Assembly (NCBI RefSeq): GCF_041248615.1
Contig: NZ_CP158426.1
DNA from: Escherichia coli
Lineage (GTDB): Bacteria; Pseudomonadota; Gammaproteobacteria; Enterobacterales; Enterobacteriaceae
Length of the DNA stretch: 64,000 nt
Direction: 5' to 3' (one strand)
The notes under the pieces were generated by a model. It searched no databases and had not been told where the DNA came from. It worked only from the letters and a program-made list of their open reading frames with translations. Shown here in pieces: positions 19,313 to 29,636 of this stretch (positions are counted from its first letter, which is position 1; each line of letters starts with the position of its first letter). The translations under genes and the position numbers were made by a program.

Positions 19313-22300
19313 ATGAATAAGAATATACGAATTTTACAATTTCTGGTCAGTATACTTTATTCTGTGCAGTCTCATTTTTCTGGTGCGCAAACAATACAAC
19401 TGAATGGTAATGGTATACCTGAAAGTATAACCAGGAGTATTACAGGTGTTGATGGAAACGCGGCGCTTAATATCAGCGTGCCGTATAAAACAAGTTATAC
19501 TCAAAATATACTATCTGTTGAAAGCAGTATTAACATCAAAGGAGGAACAAGCAATACATCAATCGGTGGTGCAGGTGTCTACGGTGAAAACTTTACGCTA
19601 AATAATAATGGTAGTGTTTGGGGAGGAGATGGATATAATGGTGGAATTGCTGTTAGTGGCAACAAAATATCTATAAACAATTACAGAAATGTATATGGGG
19701 GTAATGGTCTTGGTGGCTCAGGAAGTAGCGGAGGTGCAGGGTTAAGCGGGGATGATATTATAGTTGATAATTACAGAAGTATATACGGAGGTGATGATGT
19801 AGGTGGGACAGGTGGTTCCGGTGTAACCGGTAGCAATATTACAGTGCATAATTCCGGAGGAATATTGGGCGGTAATGGCGTAAACGGTGGTGATGGTATT
19901 AATGGTAGTAATCTTTTCATTACTAACGACAACATGATATCTGGAGGATATGGAATAAAACAAGGGGGAGATGCTATTTCTGGAAATCAAATCACTTTGA
20001 ATAATAACGGTATTGTTCAGGGGGGATATGGCCCCGACGGTGGTTGCTCTGTTTATGGAGAAGATATCCATATTAATAATCATGGTAATCTTTCAGGATT
20101 ATATAATAGCCAAAAAGATGCTTATAATACATCAATAATTTTTTCTGGCGGGTATAATTCATTAGATATTTATTCAGATTCTGTGATTAATGGTGATATT
20201 AAACTAGCTAGTATACCTGTTAATGGTACAAATGAATTAATTATTAAAAACATCAATAACGCAACAGCAATTAATGGTGGGCTAATGATTGGGAATGGCT
20301 CATCTGTTTATCTGTCAGGCAAGAACTCCATTTTTAACGGAAATATAAGTATTGATGAAGACGCATCTATGAACCTGTCTGTAGGAAATGCTAATGTTCA
20401 CGCAAATACTATTACATTAAAAAGTGATTCATGGCTTAATATAGACACATCAATTAAGAACTGGACTCAGGACTATTACACATTATTGTCGTCAGACACA
20501 GGTATCTCGATCGCTGATAATAGTCACATTGTACAATACAATGTATTACTGACAGAAGGTGCTGAAAGTTATGTTTATACGTCTTTAAATGACGACGATA
20601 ACAAACTGATATCCATGCTGAGATGGAATAATACAAAAGGGATGGGATATGGAACCTTTAATATAGAAAAAGATGCCACTCTGAACATAGGCGTTTCTCT
20701 TTCCGATAATCTTTCACCTTTATTATATGATGGCTGGGACGGCAAAAGTCTGACAAAATCAGGTAATGGTACTCTTATACTTTCTGCAACAAACAATTAT
20801 ACAGGAAATACAGAGGTTAAATCTGGCGTATTAATTCTTGCTGCACCTGATGCTCTTGGTCGGACTGAGTATTTATATTTATCCCGTGGCGCAGAACTGG
20901 ATATGAATGGGTATCCTCAGACAATAAGCAAACTACTGACGGCTGCAGGCTCTGTGCTGAACATTCATGGCGGAAGTCTGATACTGAATAATGGAGGAGA
21001 ATCTGCAGGTACTATTGCAGGGGATGGTTCTCTGAACATAAATGGGGGAATGCTTGATATAACGGGTAATAATCGTAATTTTTCCGGTGTTTTTACCGTG
21101 AATAAGGGGGCTCATTTGGCTGTATCCACGGCTGATAATCTGGGGACAGCCTTTGTTGATAACTATGGCACATTAACTCTGAACAGTACATCAGCATGGC
21201 AGCTTACCAACAATATCAGTGGTTATGGTAATGTTCGCAAGACGGGAGCAGGTGCACTGAACATTAGCGATAACGCAAAATGGACCGGGATGACAGATAT
21301 TATTCAGGGGACAGTGATACTGGGGAACGCAGATTCACCGGTGATGCTCGGCAGTAACCAGGTCATTGTTGAAGAGCAGGGCAAACTCTCCGGGTTTGGG
21401 GGCGTTGCAGGAAATCTGAGCAATAGTGGTATAGTCGATCTCACTACATATATGCCGGGTAATATACTGACTGTCGGAGGGAATTACACTGGCAGAAATG
21501 GACTTATTCTCCTCCAGACAGAAACAGGTGGTGACAATTCGAAAACAGATCGTCTGGTGATTAAAGGTAATGCCAGTGGCCGTACCCGTGTCGCTGTTAC
21601 TCAGGCCGGTGGTACTGGTGCAGAGACACTTAATGGGATTGAAGTGATTCACGTCAGTGGCAATGCTGATAATGCTGAATTCATTCAGACGGAACGTATT
21701 ACAGCCGGAGCTTATGATTACATACTGAAACGTGGTCAGGGGATTAACAGCACTAACTGGTATCTGATTAGCAGAAAAGACATTCCTGTACCACAACCTG
21801 AAGCTGTACCGGAAAGCCATGATAATAATTTGCGTCCTGAGGCAGGTAGCTATGTTGCCAGTATTGCTGCTGCAAATAATCTGTTTGTAACGAATCTGTA
21901 TGAACGACAGGGACAGGAGTTGTATATCAGCCACATGACAGGAGAAGAAAATGAAGCAGGTATCTGGATGTATAATAAAGGAAAACATAATCGCTGGCGT
22001 GACAACAGTAGTCAGCTGAGAACCCGGGGGAATAGCTACGTTGTGTTAATAGGGGGAGATATAGCTCAGTGGAGCCTGAATGGTACCGATCGCTGGCATA
22101 CAGGTATGATGGCTGGCTATGGTCATAATAATAACAGTACGAATGCCCTGAGCACCGGATACCATTCGGAAGGAAGAATGAATGGATACACAGCGGGTCT
22201 TTATGCAACATGGTATGCCAATGATGAAACACACAATGGTTCTTATCTTGATAGCTGGCTGCAATACAGCTGGTTTGATAATCATATAAATGGAGAACGG

Positions 22301-22810
22301 CTGCCTGCTGAGTCATGGAAGTCAAAAGGGTTTACGGTATCTCTGGAAGCAGGATATTCATGGAAGGCTGGAGAGTTTACCGACAATTACAAGGGAAGTC
22401 ATGAATGGTATGTTCAGCCGCAGCTTCAGGTTGTCCGGATGAATGTAAAATCAGACAAATATCATGAAAGTAACGGAACCAGTATTGAAAATACCGGTAA
22501 CGGAAATATTCTCACCCGCCTGGGAGCAAGAACATGGCTTACCAGCAAAAACGGTAAAAATACGCGGTATGCGGTTCCGTTCAGACCATTTGTGGAGGCA
22601 CACTGGTTGCACAATAGTCGTGTTTTCGGCACCAGTATGAATGGTGTAAGTATATACCAGGATGGTGCGCGTGATATCGGAGAAATAAATGGTGGTGTTG
22701 TGGGAATGATAACACCAGAAGTAGCATTCCGGGCTGATGCAGGCATTCAACTTGGAGAACATGGATACCATAATACATCTGCCATGTTGAGTGTGGAATA
22801 TCGTTTCTGA
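19313..22810 (+). CDS. AIDA-I-type (type Va) autotransporter adhesin-like protein
   Basis: 1165 aa, low GC. The N-terminal signal-like segment is followed by a Gly-rich periodic passenger (…NNNGxxxGGxGxxGGxGxxG…). It then has PATR-type repeats (LTKSGNGTLILSATNNYTGNTEVKSGVLIL) and a C-terminal beta-barrel ending ...MLSVEYRF. Confidence 0.9.
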   Translation: MNKNIRILQFLVSILYSVQSHFSGAQTIQLNGNGIPESITRSITGVDGNAALNISVPYKTSYTQNILSVESSINIKGGTSNTSIGGAGVYGENFTLNNNGSVWGGDGYNGGIAVSGNKISINNYRNVYGGNGLGGSGSSGGAGLSGDDIIVDNYRSIYGGDDVGGTGGSGVTGSNITVHNSGGILGGNGVNGGDGINGSNLFITNDNMISGGYGIKQGGDAISGNQITLNNNGIVQGGYGPDGGCSVYGEDIHINNHGNLSGLYNSQKDAYNTSIIFSGGYNSLDIYSDSVINGDIKLASIPVNGTNELIIKNINNATAINGGLMIGNGSSVYLSGKNSIFNGNISIDEDASMNLSVGNANVHANTITLKSDSWLNIDTSIKNWTQDYYTLLSSDTGISIADNSHIVQYNVLLTEGAESYVYTSLNDDDNKLISMLRWNNTKGMGYGTFNIEKDATLNIGVSLSDNLSPLLYDGWDGKSLTKSGNGTLILSATNNYTGNTEVKSGVLILAAPDALGRTEYLYLSRGAELDMNGYPQTISKLLTAAGSVLNIHGGSLILNNGGESAGTIAGDGSLNINGGMLDITGNNRNFSGVFTVNKGAHLAVSTADNLGTAFVDNYGTLTLNSTSAWQLTNNISGYGNVRKTGAGALNISDNAKWTGMTDIIQGTVILGNADSPVMLGSNQVIVEEQGKLSGFGGVAGNLSNSGIVDLTTYMPGNILTVGGNYTGRNGLILLQTETGGDNSKTDRLVIKGNASGRTRVAVTQAGGTGAETLNGIEVIHVSGNADNAEFIQTERITAGAYDYILKRGQGINSTNWYLISRKDIPVPQPEAVPESHDNNLRPEAGSYVASIAAANNLFVTNLYERQGQELYISHMTGEENEAGIWMYNKGKHNRWRDNSSQLRTRGNSYVVLIGGDIAQWSLNGTDRWHTGMMAGYGHNNNSTNALSTGYHSEGRMNGYTAGLYATWYANDETHNGSYLDSWLQYSWFDNHINGERLPAESWKSKGFTVSLEAGYSWKAGEFTDNYKGSHEWYVQPQLQVVRMNVKSDKYHESNGTSIENTGNGNILTRLGARTWLTSKNGKNTRYAVPFRPFVEAHWLHNSRVFGTSMNGVSIYQDGARDIGEINGGVVGMITPEVAFRADAGIQLGEHGYHNTSAMLSVEYRF

Positions 22811-22831
22811 TGTGTCGGTAATGACTCCAAC

Positions 22832-23335
22832 TTATTGATAGTGTTTTATGTTCAGATAATGCCCGATGACTTTGTCATGCAGCTCCACCGATTTTGAGAA
22901 CGACAGCGACTTCCGTCCCAGCCGTGCCAGGTGCTGCCTCAGATTCAGGTTATGCCGCTCAATTCGCTGCGTATATCGCTTGCTGATTACGTGCAGCTTT
23001 CCCTTCAGGCGGGATTCATACAGCGGCCAGCCATCCGTCATCCATATCACCACGTCAAAGGGTGACAGCAGGCTCATAAGACGCCCCAGCATCGCCATAG
23101 TGCGTTCACCGAATACGTGCGCAACAACCGTCTTCCGGAGCCTGTCATACGCGTAAAACAGCCAGCGCTGGCGCGATTTAGCCCCGACATAGCCCCACTG
23201 TTCGTCCATTTCCGCGCAGACGATGACGTCACTGCCCGGCTGTATGCGCGAGGTTACCGACTGCGGCCTGAGTTTTTTAAGTGACGTAAAATCGTGTTGA
23301 GGCCAACGCCCATAATGCGGGCTGTTGCCCGGCAT
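22832..23335 (-). CDS. insB: IS1 InsB
   Basis: 167 aa. ...[28 protein letters not shown]... is the canonical InsB sequence. Confidence 0.9.
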
Positions 23336-23529
23336 CCAACGCCATTCATGGCCATATCAATGATTTTCTGGTGCGTACCGGGTTGAGAAGCGGTGTAAGT
23401 GAACTGCAGTTGCCATGTTTTACGGCAGTGAGAGCAGAGATAGCGCTGATGTCCGGCGGTGCTTTTGCCGTTACGCACCACCCCGTCAGTAGCTGAACAG
23501 GAGGGACAGCTGATAGAAACAGAAGCCAC
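23254..23529 (-). CDS. insA: IS1 InsA
   Basis: [45 protein letters not shown]... is the canonical InsA sequence. Confidence 0.9.
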
Positions 23530-24002
23530 TGGAGCACCTCAAAAACACCATCATACACTAAATCAGTAAGTTGGCAGCATCACCCGTTCATTTTCTGAGC
23601 CTGTAAAACATGTGGTGATATAGTCTGAGAGCATAAAAGTTGAGATTCTGTGTATCAAGTCCTGTCTTGGCACCGAATGAATATTGCTTACGAAGCCCCT
23701 TCATGCTTTCCTTGAGAACAATAATTTTATCTTTATGTGAATCTCATTTTTTATAATGATGTCAGATGATTGAAATGCTAAATTATATCTGAATCAACTT
23801 TTCCTTTGCTAAAGGTATAGAAATAACTGCAAGGCTGTATTTTGTAATTGCCAATTTAAAAATGTCAATTTGTTTTTAATTATGTTTTTGTAATAAGTTT
23901 GAAGACACAAAAAAATAATATAATAACAAAAATCCTCCAGCCTTGTAGGCCAGAGGATAAAATACTTAATTGAGGAAAACATCAGGGAAAAGTATTTCTG
24001 AC

Positions 24003-25187
24003 TTAACTTTCCCGGCTGGAGAGTGAATCAATGTAATCAGCGTACCATTGCATCATTTCACGGCGGCCATCGAGATACAGGGCATGATTATAGGTACCCC
24101 TGATGGAATTTTTATCCACATGAGCTAACTGCATTTCAATCCAGGCGGAGTTAAAGCCTTGTTCATGCAGAATTGTACTCATGGTGTGTCTGAAACCATG
24201 CCCTGTGAGTCTTCCCTTATATCCAAGTAATTCAATTACTTGGTTAATGCTTTCCTTACTAATTGGTTTGCGGGGATCATTTCTACCGATAAAGACTAGG
24301 GGATGATGTTTTGAGATTGGTTCAAGCTGCTTAAATAGCATAATAACCTGCTCAGAGAGCGGCACAATATGAGGTCGCTTCATCTTCATTACTTCTGCCG
24401 GGATCTCCCACAATTTTGTCTCAAAATCGATATCTTCCCAGCGTGCAAAACGCAGTTCTTGTGTTCGTACGCCGGTTAACATAATGATCTGAGTAGCTGT
24501 CTTAGTGATTATACTTCCGGTATAACCCGCCAGATCGTTGAGGAAGTGGGGAAGTTCATTAGCAGTAAGAAAGGGAAAATGTACTTTTTTCGGTGTAGCT
24601 AAAGCACTGGCAAGATCGGGGGCTGGGTTATAGTCTGCCCGGCCAGTAACAATTGCATAGCGGAACACCTCACCACAGCGCTGGCGTACCTTGCGCATTT
24701 TCTCCAGAGCTCCACGTTTTTCCATTTTACGCAGTGCTTCCAGTAACTCCATTGGTTTGATTTCGGCAATAGGGCGCTTGCCAATGTAGGGAAAAATGTC
24801 TTTTTCAAAGGTATCAATGATTTCATCACGATAGCGTAATGACCACCGATCGGCTTTTGACTGGTGCCATTCGCGAGCAATAGCCTCGAACGTATTTTTC
24901 AGACTTATTTGCTGCGCGATTTTTTCTTCCTTTTTTGCCTCCCCTGGATCGCCTCCAGCAGCGAGGAGTTTCCTGGCTTCACTGCGTTTCTCGCGAGCAT
25001 CGGCTAGCGTTACATCGGGGTATACGCCAATAGAAAGCATCTTTTCTTTACCAGCAAAGCGGTACTTCATGCGCCAGTATTTAGAACCATTAGTGTTAAT
25101 CAGTAGATACATACCGCCGCCATCAGCAAGCTTATAGGGTTTGTCTTTGGGTTTTGCGGTTTTCACTTTGATATCGGTTAATGCCAT
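24003..25187 (-). CDS. P4-type tyrosine integrase of the selC island
   Basis: 394 aa starting MALTDIKVKTAKPKDKPYKLADGGGMYLLINTNGSKYWRMKYRF... (P4-int N-terminal domain). The catalytic region is HGFRHTMSTILHE...LAHVDKNSIRGTYNHALY. Its start is 300 bp from the 3' end of selC. Confidence 0.9.
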   Translation of the reverse strand: MALTDIKVKTAKPKDKPYKLADGGGMYLLINTNGSKYWRMKYRFAGKEKMLSIGVYPDVTLADAREKRSEARKLLAAGGDPGEAKKEEKIAQQISLKNTFEAIAREWHQSKADRWSLRYRDEIIDTFEKDIFPYIGKRPIAEIKPMELLEALRKMEKRGALEKMRKVRQRCGEVFRYAIVTGRADYNPAPDLASALATPKKVHFPFLTANELPHFLNDLAGYTGSIITKTATQIIMLTGVRTQELRFARWEDIDFETKLWEIPAEVMKMKRPHIVPLSEQVIMLFKQLEPISKHHPLVFIGRNDPRKPISKESINQVIELLGYKGRLTGHGFRHTMSTILHEQGFNSAWIEMQLAHVDKNSIRGTYNHALYLDGRREMMQWYADYIDSLSSRES

Positions 25188-25486
25188 GACATCCTCCGGC
25201 TTTTGATGAATTCATGTTCCTGAGGGGGATTTCTGCCAGTAACTAACCTGATACCCCCAATACACCCCTTGTATAACAAAGATGTTGTTAAAAGCCGTTG
25301 TTATGTATCACATTTTTCCTATTATGGGGGTGCTTGTATTTCAATAGGAAATAACACCCCCTAAAGTACCCCCAAAAGAAACTTGATACGGGGTGAAGTA
25401 GGTTGACCTCAGGATACAAATAAATACTGATATACAAGGGATTAGAAGAGATTTATTGACATTGGGAGAGTTCAGAAGAGGTAAAC

Positions 25487-25581
25487 TGGCGGAAGATCAC
25501 AGGAGTCGAACCTGCCCGGGACCGCTGGCGGCCCCAACTGGATTTGAAGTCCAGCCGCCTCACCGGAGACGACGATCTTCC
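25487..25581 (-). tRNA. selC: tRNA-Sec (selC)
   Basis: The reverse complement reads GGAAGATCGTCGTCTCCGGTGAGGCGGCTGGACTTCAAATCCAGTTGGGGCCGCCAGCGGTCCCGGGCAGGTTCGACTCCTGTGATCTTCCGCCA. This is the 95-nt E. coli selC sequence with anticodon UCA. Confidence 0.97.
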
Positions 25582-25873
25582 GCGCCTCGATTGCTACATG
25601 GAGGCGGGGCGCATTATAGCTACTTCCTTGAGTTTCTACATCCCCCAGATCAGTTTTTTCCGCCTAATACACGCAGCGTATTATCACGAAAGCATTATAA
25701 TTCATATAAAACCCATATTTTACAATGATATATGAGCGGAATTAACGCTACCACGATCACATAAAACAAGAATCATAAATTAATAACCAGATATCGGAAT
25801 ATTCGCTCTCACAGGGATGGTTTACAAAATGCGTTATCGGTCTCAGCACCCCTATAGCATCAAGGAAAAGCAG

Positions 25874-27256
25874 ATGAAGAGTGAAGTGTTGTCCGTTAAA
25901 GAGAAAATTGGTTATGGCATGGGAGACGCCGCCAGCCACATTATTTTCGATAACGTAATGTTATATATGATGTTCTTTTATACCGATATTTTTGGCATAC
26001 CTGCCGGATTTGTCGGAACCATGTTTTTGGTCGCTCGTGCACTGGATGCGATTTCCGATCCTTGCATGGGGTTGTTGGCCGATCGAACGCGCTCTCGCTG
26101 GGGTAAATTTCGTCCGTGGGTACTGTTTGGCGCACTGCCATTTGGGATCGTCTGTGTACTGGCCTATAGCACGCCAGATCTCAGTATGAACGGAAAAATG
26201 ATTTATGCAGCAATTACTTACACCCTACTTACCTTACTTTATACCATCGTTAATATCCCTTACTGCGCATTGGGTGGTGTAATCACCAATGACCCGACTC
26301 AGCGTATCTCGCTGCAATCCTGGCGTTTTGTGCTGGCGACTGCGGGAGGCATGCTCTCTACTGTGCTGATGATGCCGCTGGTTAATTTAATTGGTGGTGA
26401 TAATAAACCACTCGGTTTCCAGGGCGGTATCGCGGTCCTTTCCGTGGTGGCATTTATGATGCTGGCATTTTGTTTCTTCACCACTAAAGAACGCGTTGAA
26501 GCACCACCTACAACGACGTCTATGCGGGAAGATTTACGTGATATCTGGCAAAACGATCAGTGGCGGATTGTCGGTTTACTAACCATTTTCAATATCCTGG
26601 CGGTATGCGTACGCGGTGGAGCGATGATGTATTACGTCACATGGATTTTGGGTACGCCGGAAGTGTTTGTCGCTTTTCTCACCACTTATTGTGTGGGTAA
26701 CCTGATTGGTTCCGCACTGGCAAAACCGCTGACCGACTGGAAATGTAAAGTCACTATCTTCTGGTGGACGAACGCCCTGCTGGCAGTGATTAGCCTCGCG
26801 ATGTTCTTTGTTCCTATGCAGGCCAGCATCACTATGTTTGTCTTCATCTTCGTGATTGGCGTGTTGCATCAACTGGTGACACCTATCCAGTGGGTAATGA
26901 TGTCCGATACCGTCGACTACGGCGAGTGGTGCAATGGTAAACGCCTGACCGGGATCAGTTTTGCTGGCACGCTGTTTGTGCTCAAGCTGGGATTGGCCTT
27001 CGGCGGCGCTCTTATCGGCTGGATGCTGGCTTATGGCGGATATGATGCGGCAGAAAAAGCGCAGAACAGCGCCACGATTAGCATCATTATCGCGCTATTC
27101 ACGATTGTTCCGGCGATCTGTTATTTGCTGAGCGCGATTATCGCTAAACGCTACTACTCACTCACGACGCACAATCTGAAAACCGTTATGGAACAGCTGG
27201 CTCAGGGCAAACGCCGTTGCCAGCAACAATTCACCTCTCAAGAAGTGCAGAACTAA
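25874..27256 (+). CDS. yicJ: YicJ, GPH-family sugar:cation symporter
   Basis: MKSEVLSVKEKIGYGMGDAASHIIFDNV... gives 460 aa from this start, as in K-12. The track ORF starts 19 codons earlier. Confidence 0.95.
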   Translation: MKSEVLSVKEKIGYGMGDAASHIIFDNVMLYMMFFYTDIFGIPAGFVGTMFLVARALDAISDPCMGLLADRTRSRWGKFRPWVLFGALPFGIVCVLAYSTPDLSMNGKMIYAAITYTLLTLLYTIVNIPYCALGGVITNDPTQRISLQSWRFVLATAGGMLSTVLMMPLVNLIGGDNKPLGFQGGIAVLSVVAFMMLAFCFFTTKERVEAPPTTTSMREDLRDIWQNDQWRIVGLLTIFNILAVCVRGGAMMYYVTWILGTPEVFVAFLTTYCVGNLIGSALAKPLTDWKCKVTIFWWTNALLAVISLAMFFVPMQASITMFVFIFVIGVLHQLVTPIQWVMMSDTVDYGEWCNGKRLTGISFAGTLFVLKLGLAFGGALIGWMLAYGGYDAAEKAQNSATISIIIALFTIVPAICYLLSAIIAKRYYSLTTHNLKTVMEQLAQGKRRCQQQFTSQEVQN

Positions 27257-27265
27257 GGAACGGCA

Positions 27266-29584
27266 ATGAAAATTAGCGATGGAAACTGGTTGATTCAACC
27301 TGGCCTCAATTTGATTCACCCGCTTCAGGTATTCGAGGTTGAACAGCAGGGTAATGAAATGGTGGTCTATGCTGCCCCCCGTGATGTACGTGAACGTACC
27401 TGGCAGCTTGACACGCCTTTATTTACGCTGCGCTTTTTCTCCCCACAGGAAGGTATTGTCGGTGTTCGGATTGAGCATTTTCAGGGGGCGCTGAATAACG
27501 GTCCTCATTATCCGCTCAATATTTTGCAGGATGTGAAGGTCACAATCGAAAACACAGAACGTTACGCTGAGTTTAAAAGTGGCAACTTAAGTGCGCGTGT
27601 CAGCAAAGGTGAGTTCTGGTCACTGGATTTTCTGCGCAACGGCGAACGTATTACCGGTAGTCAGGTGAAAAATAATGGCTACGTGCAGGACACGAATAAT
27701 CAACGAAATTATATGTTTGAGCGGCTGGATCTTGGCGTTGGCGAAACAGTTTACGGTCTGGGAGAGCGCTTTACTGCCCTGGTGCGCAATGGCCAGACGG
27801 TAGAGACCTGGAACCGGGACGGCGGCACAAGTACTGAACAGGCGTATAAAAATATTCCGTTCTATATGACTAACCGTGGTTATGGGGTACTGGTCAATCA
27901 TCCTCAATGCGTCTCTTTTGAAGTGGGATCGGAGAAAGTCTCCAAAGTGCAGTTCAGCGTTGAGAGTGAATATCTCGAATACTTTGTTATCGACGGCCCG
28001 ACGCCGAAAGCGGTACTTGATCGTTATACCCGTTTTACTGGTCGTCCGGCGCTGCCGCCCGCGTGGTCCTTCGGCCTGTGGCTAACCACTTCATTTACCA
28101 CCAACTACGACGAAGCGACGGTAAACAGCTTTATCGATGGTATGGCGGAACGCAATCTGCCACTGCATGTTTTCCACTTTGACTGTTTCTGGATGAAAGC
28201 CTTCCAGTGGTGCGATTTTGAGTGGGACCCGCTGACTTTCCCGGACCCGGAAGGGATGATCCGCCGCCTGAAAGCGAAAGGGCTAAAAATCTGCGTCTGG
28301 ATTAACCCCTATATCGGGCAAAAATCCCCTGTCTTTAAAGAGTTACAAGAGAAAGGCTATTTACTCAAACGCCCGGACGGTTCGTTATGGCAGTGGGATA
28401 AATGGCAGCCAGGTCTGGCGATTTATGACTTTACCAATCCGGATGCCTGCAAATGGTACGCCGACAAACTGAAAGGTCTGGTCGCGATGGGCGTTGATTG
28501 CTTTAAGACCGACTTTGGCGAACGTATTCCAACCGATGTTCAGTGGTTTGACGGTTCCGATCCGCAGAAAATGCATAACCATTATGCGTACATCTACAAC
28601 GAACTGGTGTGGAAAGTGCTCAAGGAAACCGTTGGCGAGGAAGAAGCCGTCTTGTTTGCTCGCTCGGCCTCCGTTGGTGCGCAGAAATTCCCGGTACACT
28701 GGGGTGGTGACTGTTACGCTAACTACGAATCAATGGCGGAAAGCCTGCGCGGTGGTTTGTCTATTGGCCTTTCAGGTTTTGGTTTCTGGAGCCACGATAT
28801 CGGCGGCTTTGAGAATACCGCTCCGGCGCACGTTTACAAACGCTGGTGCGCGTTTGGTTTGCTCTCCAGCCATAGCCGTTTACATGGCAGCAAATCTTAT
28901 CGTGTGCCGTGGGCCTACGATGATGAGTCCTGTGATGTGGTGCGCTTCTTCACGCAACTGAAATGCCGCATGATGCCGTATCTGTATCGTGAAGCTGCTC
29001 GTGCGAACGCGCGGGGTACGCCGATGATGCGCGCAATGGTGATGGAGTTCCCGGACGATCCGGCTTGTGATTACCTTGACCGTCAGTATATGTTGGGCGA
29101 CAGCGTGATGGTCGCGCCGGTGTTCACTGAAGCGGGCGATGTACAGTTTTATCTGCCGGAAGGTCGCTGGACGCACCTGTGGCACAATAATGAACTCGAC
29201 GGTAATCGCTGGCATAAACAGCAGCACAATTTTATGAGTTTGCCGGTTTACGTGCGTGAAGATACCTTACTGGCGCTGGGCAACAACGATCAACGTCCCG
29301 ATTACGCGTGGCACGAAGGCACGGCATTCCACCTCTTTAATCTGCAAGACGGGCATGAAGCCGTCTGTGAAGTGCCCGCTGCTGACGGTTCGGTGATCTT
29401 TACTCTAAAAGCAACACGTACTGGTAACACGATTACTGTGACTGGTGCGGGCGAGGCGAGGAACTGGACACTGTGCTTGCGCAATATTGTGAAAGTAAAT
29501 GGTCTGCAAGGCGGTTCGCAGGCTGAAGGTGAGCAGGGGCTGGTGGTGACGCCTCAAGGGAATGCGCTGACAATTACGTTGTAA
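27266..29584 (+). CDS. yicI: YicI alpha-xylosidase (GH31)
   Basis: 772 aa starting [28 protein letters not shown]..., with the GH31 motif KTDFGE. It has the K-12 position after yicJ. Confidence 0.95.
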   Translation: MKISDGNWLIQPGLNLIHPLQVFEVEQQGNEMVVYAAPRDVRERTWQLDTPLFTLRFFSPQEGIVGVRIEHFQGALNNGPHYPLNILQDVKVTIENTERYAEFKSGNLSARVSKGEFWSLDFLRNGERITGSQVKNNGYVQDTNNQRNYMFERLDLGVGETVYGLGERFTALVRNGQTVETWNRDGGTSTEQAYKNIPFYMTNRGYGVLVNHPQCVSFEVGSEKVSKVQFSVESEYLEYFVIDGPTPKAVLDRYTRFTGRPALPPAWSFGLWLTTSFTTNYDEATVNSFIDGMAERNLPLHVFHFDCFWMKAFQWCDFEWDPLTFPDPEGMIRRLKAKGLKICVWINPYIGQKSPVFKELQEKGYLLKRPDGSLWQWDKWQPGLAIYDFTNPDACKWYADKLKGLVAMGVDCFKTDFGERIPTDVQWFDGSDPQKMHNHYAYIYNELVWKVLKETVGEEEAVLFARSASVGAQKFPVHWGGDCYANYESMAESLRGGLSIGLSGFGFWSHDIGGFENTAPAHVYKRWCAFGLLSSHSRLHGSKSYRVPWAYDDESCDVVRFFTQLKCRMMPYLYREAARANARGTPMMRAMVMEFPDDPACDYLDRQYMLGDSVMVAPVFTEAGDVQFYLPEGRWTHLWHNNELDGNRWHKQQHNFMSLPVYVREDTLLALGNNDQRPDYAWHEGTAFHLFNLQDGHEAVCEVPAADGSVIFTLKATRTGNTITVTGAGEARNWTLCLRNIVKVNGLQGGSQAEGEQGLVVTPQGNALTITL

Positions 29585-29598
29585 TCAATTTAAGAAAT

Positions 29599-29625
29599 GC
29601 CGGGTACGTCTCAATCGTACCCGGC
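29599..29625. terminator. Hairpin between convergent yicI and yicH
   Basis: GCCGGGTACG-tctcaat-CGTACCCGGC has a perfect 10-bp stem. It lies 15 bp after the yicI stop and 12 bp after the yicH stop. The flanking U-runs are weak. Confidence 0.5.
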
Positions 29626-29636
29626 GAGATTGATTT

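Larger units (their letters stand above)
22817..23584 (-). mobile_element. IS1 (768 bp)
   Basis: Ends are GGTAATGACTCCAACTTATTGAT (22817) and ...ATCAGTAAGTTGGCAGCATCACC (23584). Length is exactly 768 bp. It encodes InsA/InsB. The flanking 9-mers differ (TGATGTGTC / CGTTCATTT). Confidence 0.95.

Noticed and set aside
21335-22325. 217-aa and 132-aa minus-strand ORFs inside the autotransporter gene
   Set aside because: They are antisense to a 1165-aa ORF with clear autotransporter domains. Their Cys/Ile/Thr-rich sequences look like repeat shadows.
25456-25735. 90-aa and 63-aa plus-strand ORFs overlapping selC
   Set aside because: They are read across the tRNA-Sec gene and its flank, and the tRNA assignment is certain.
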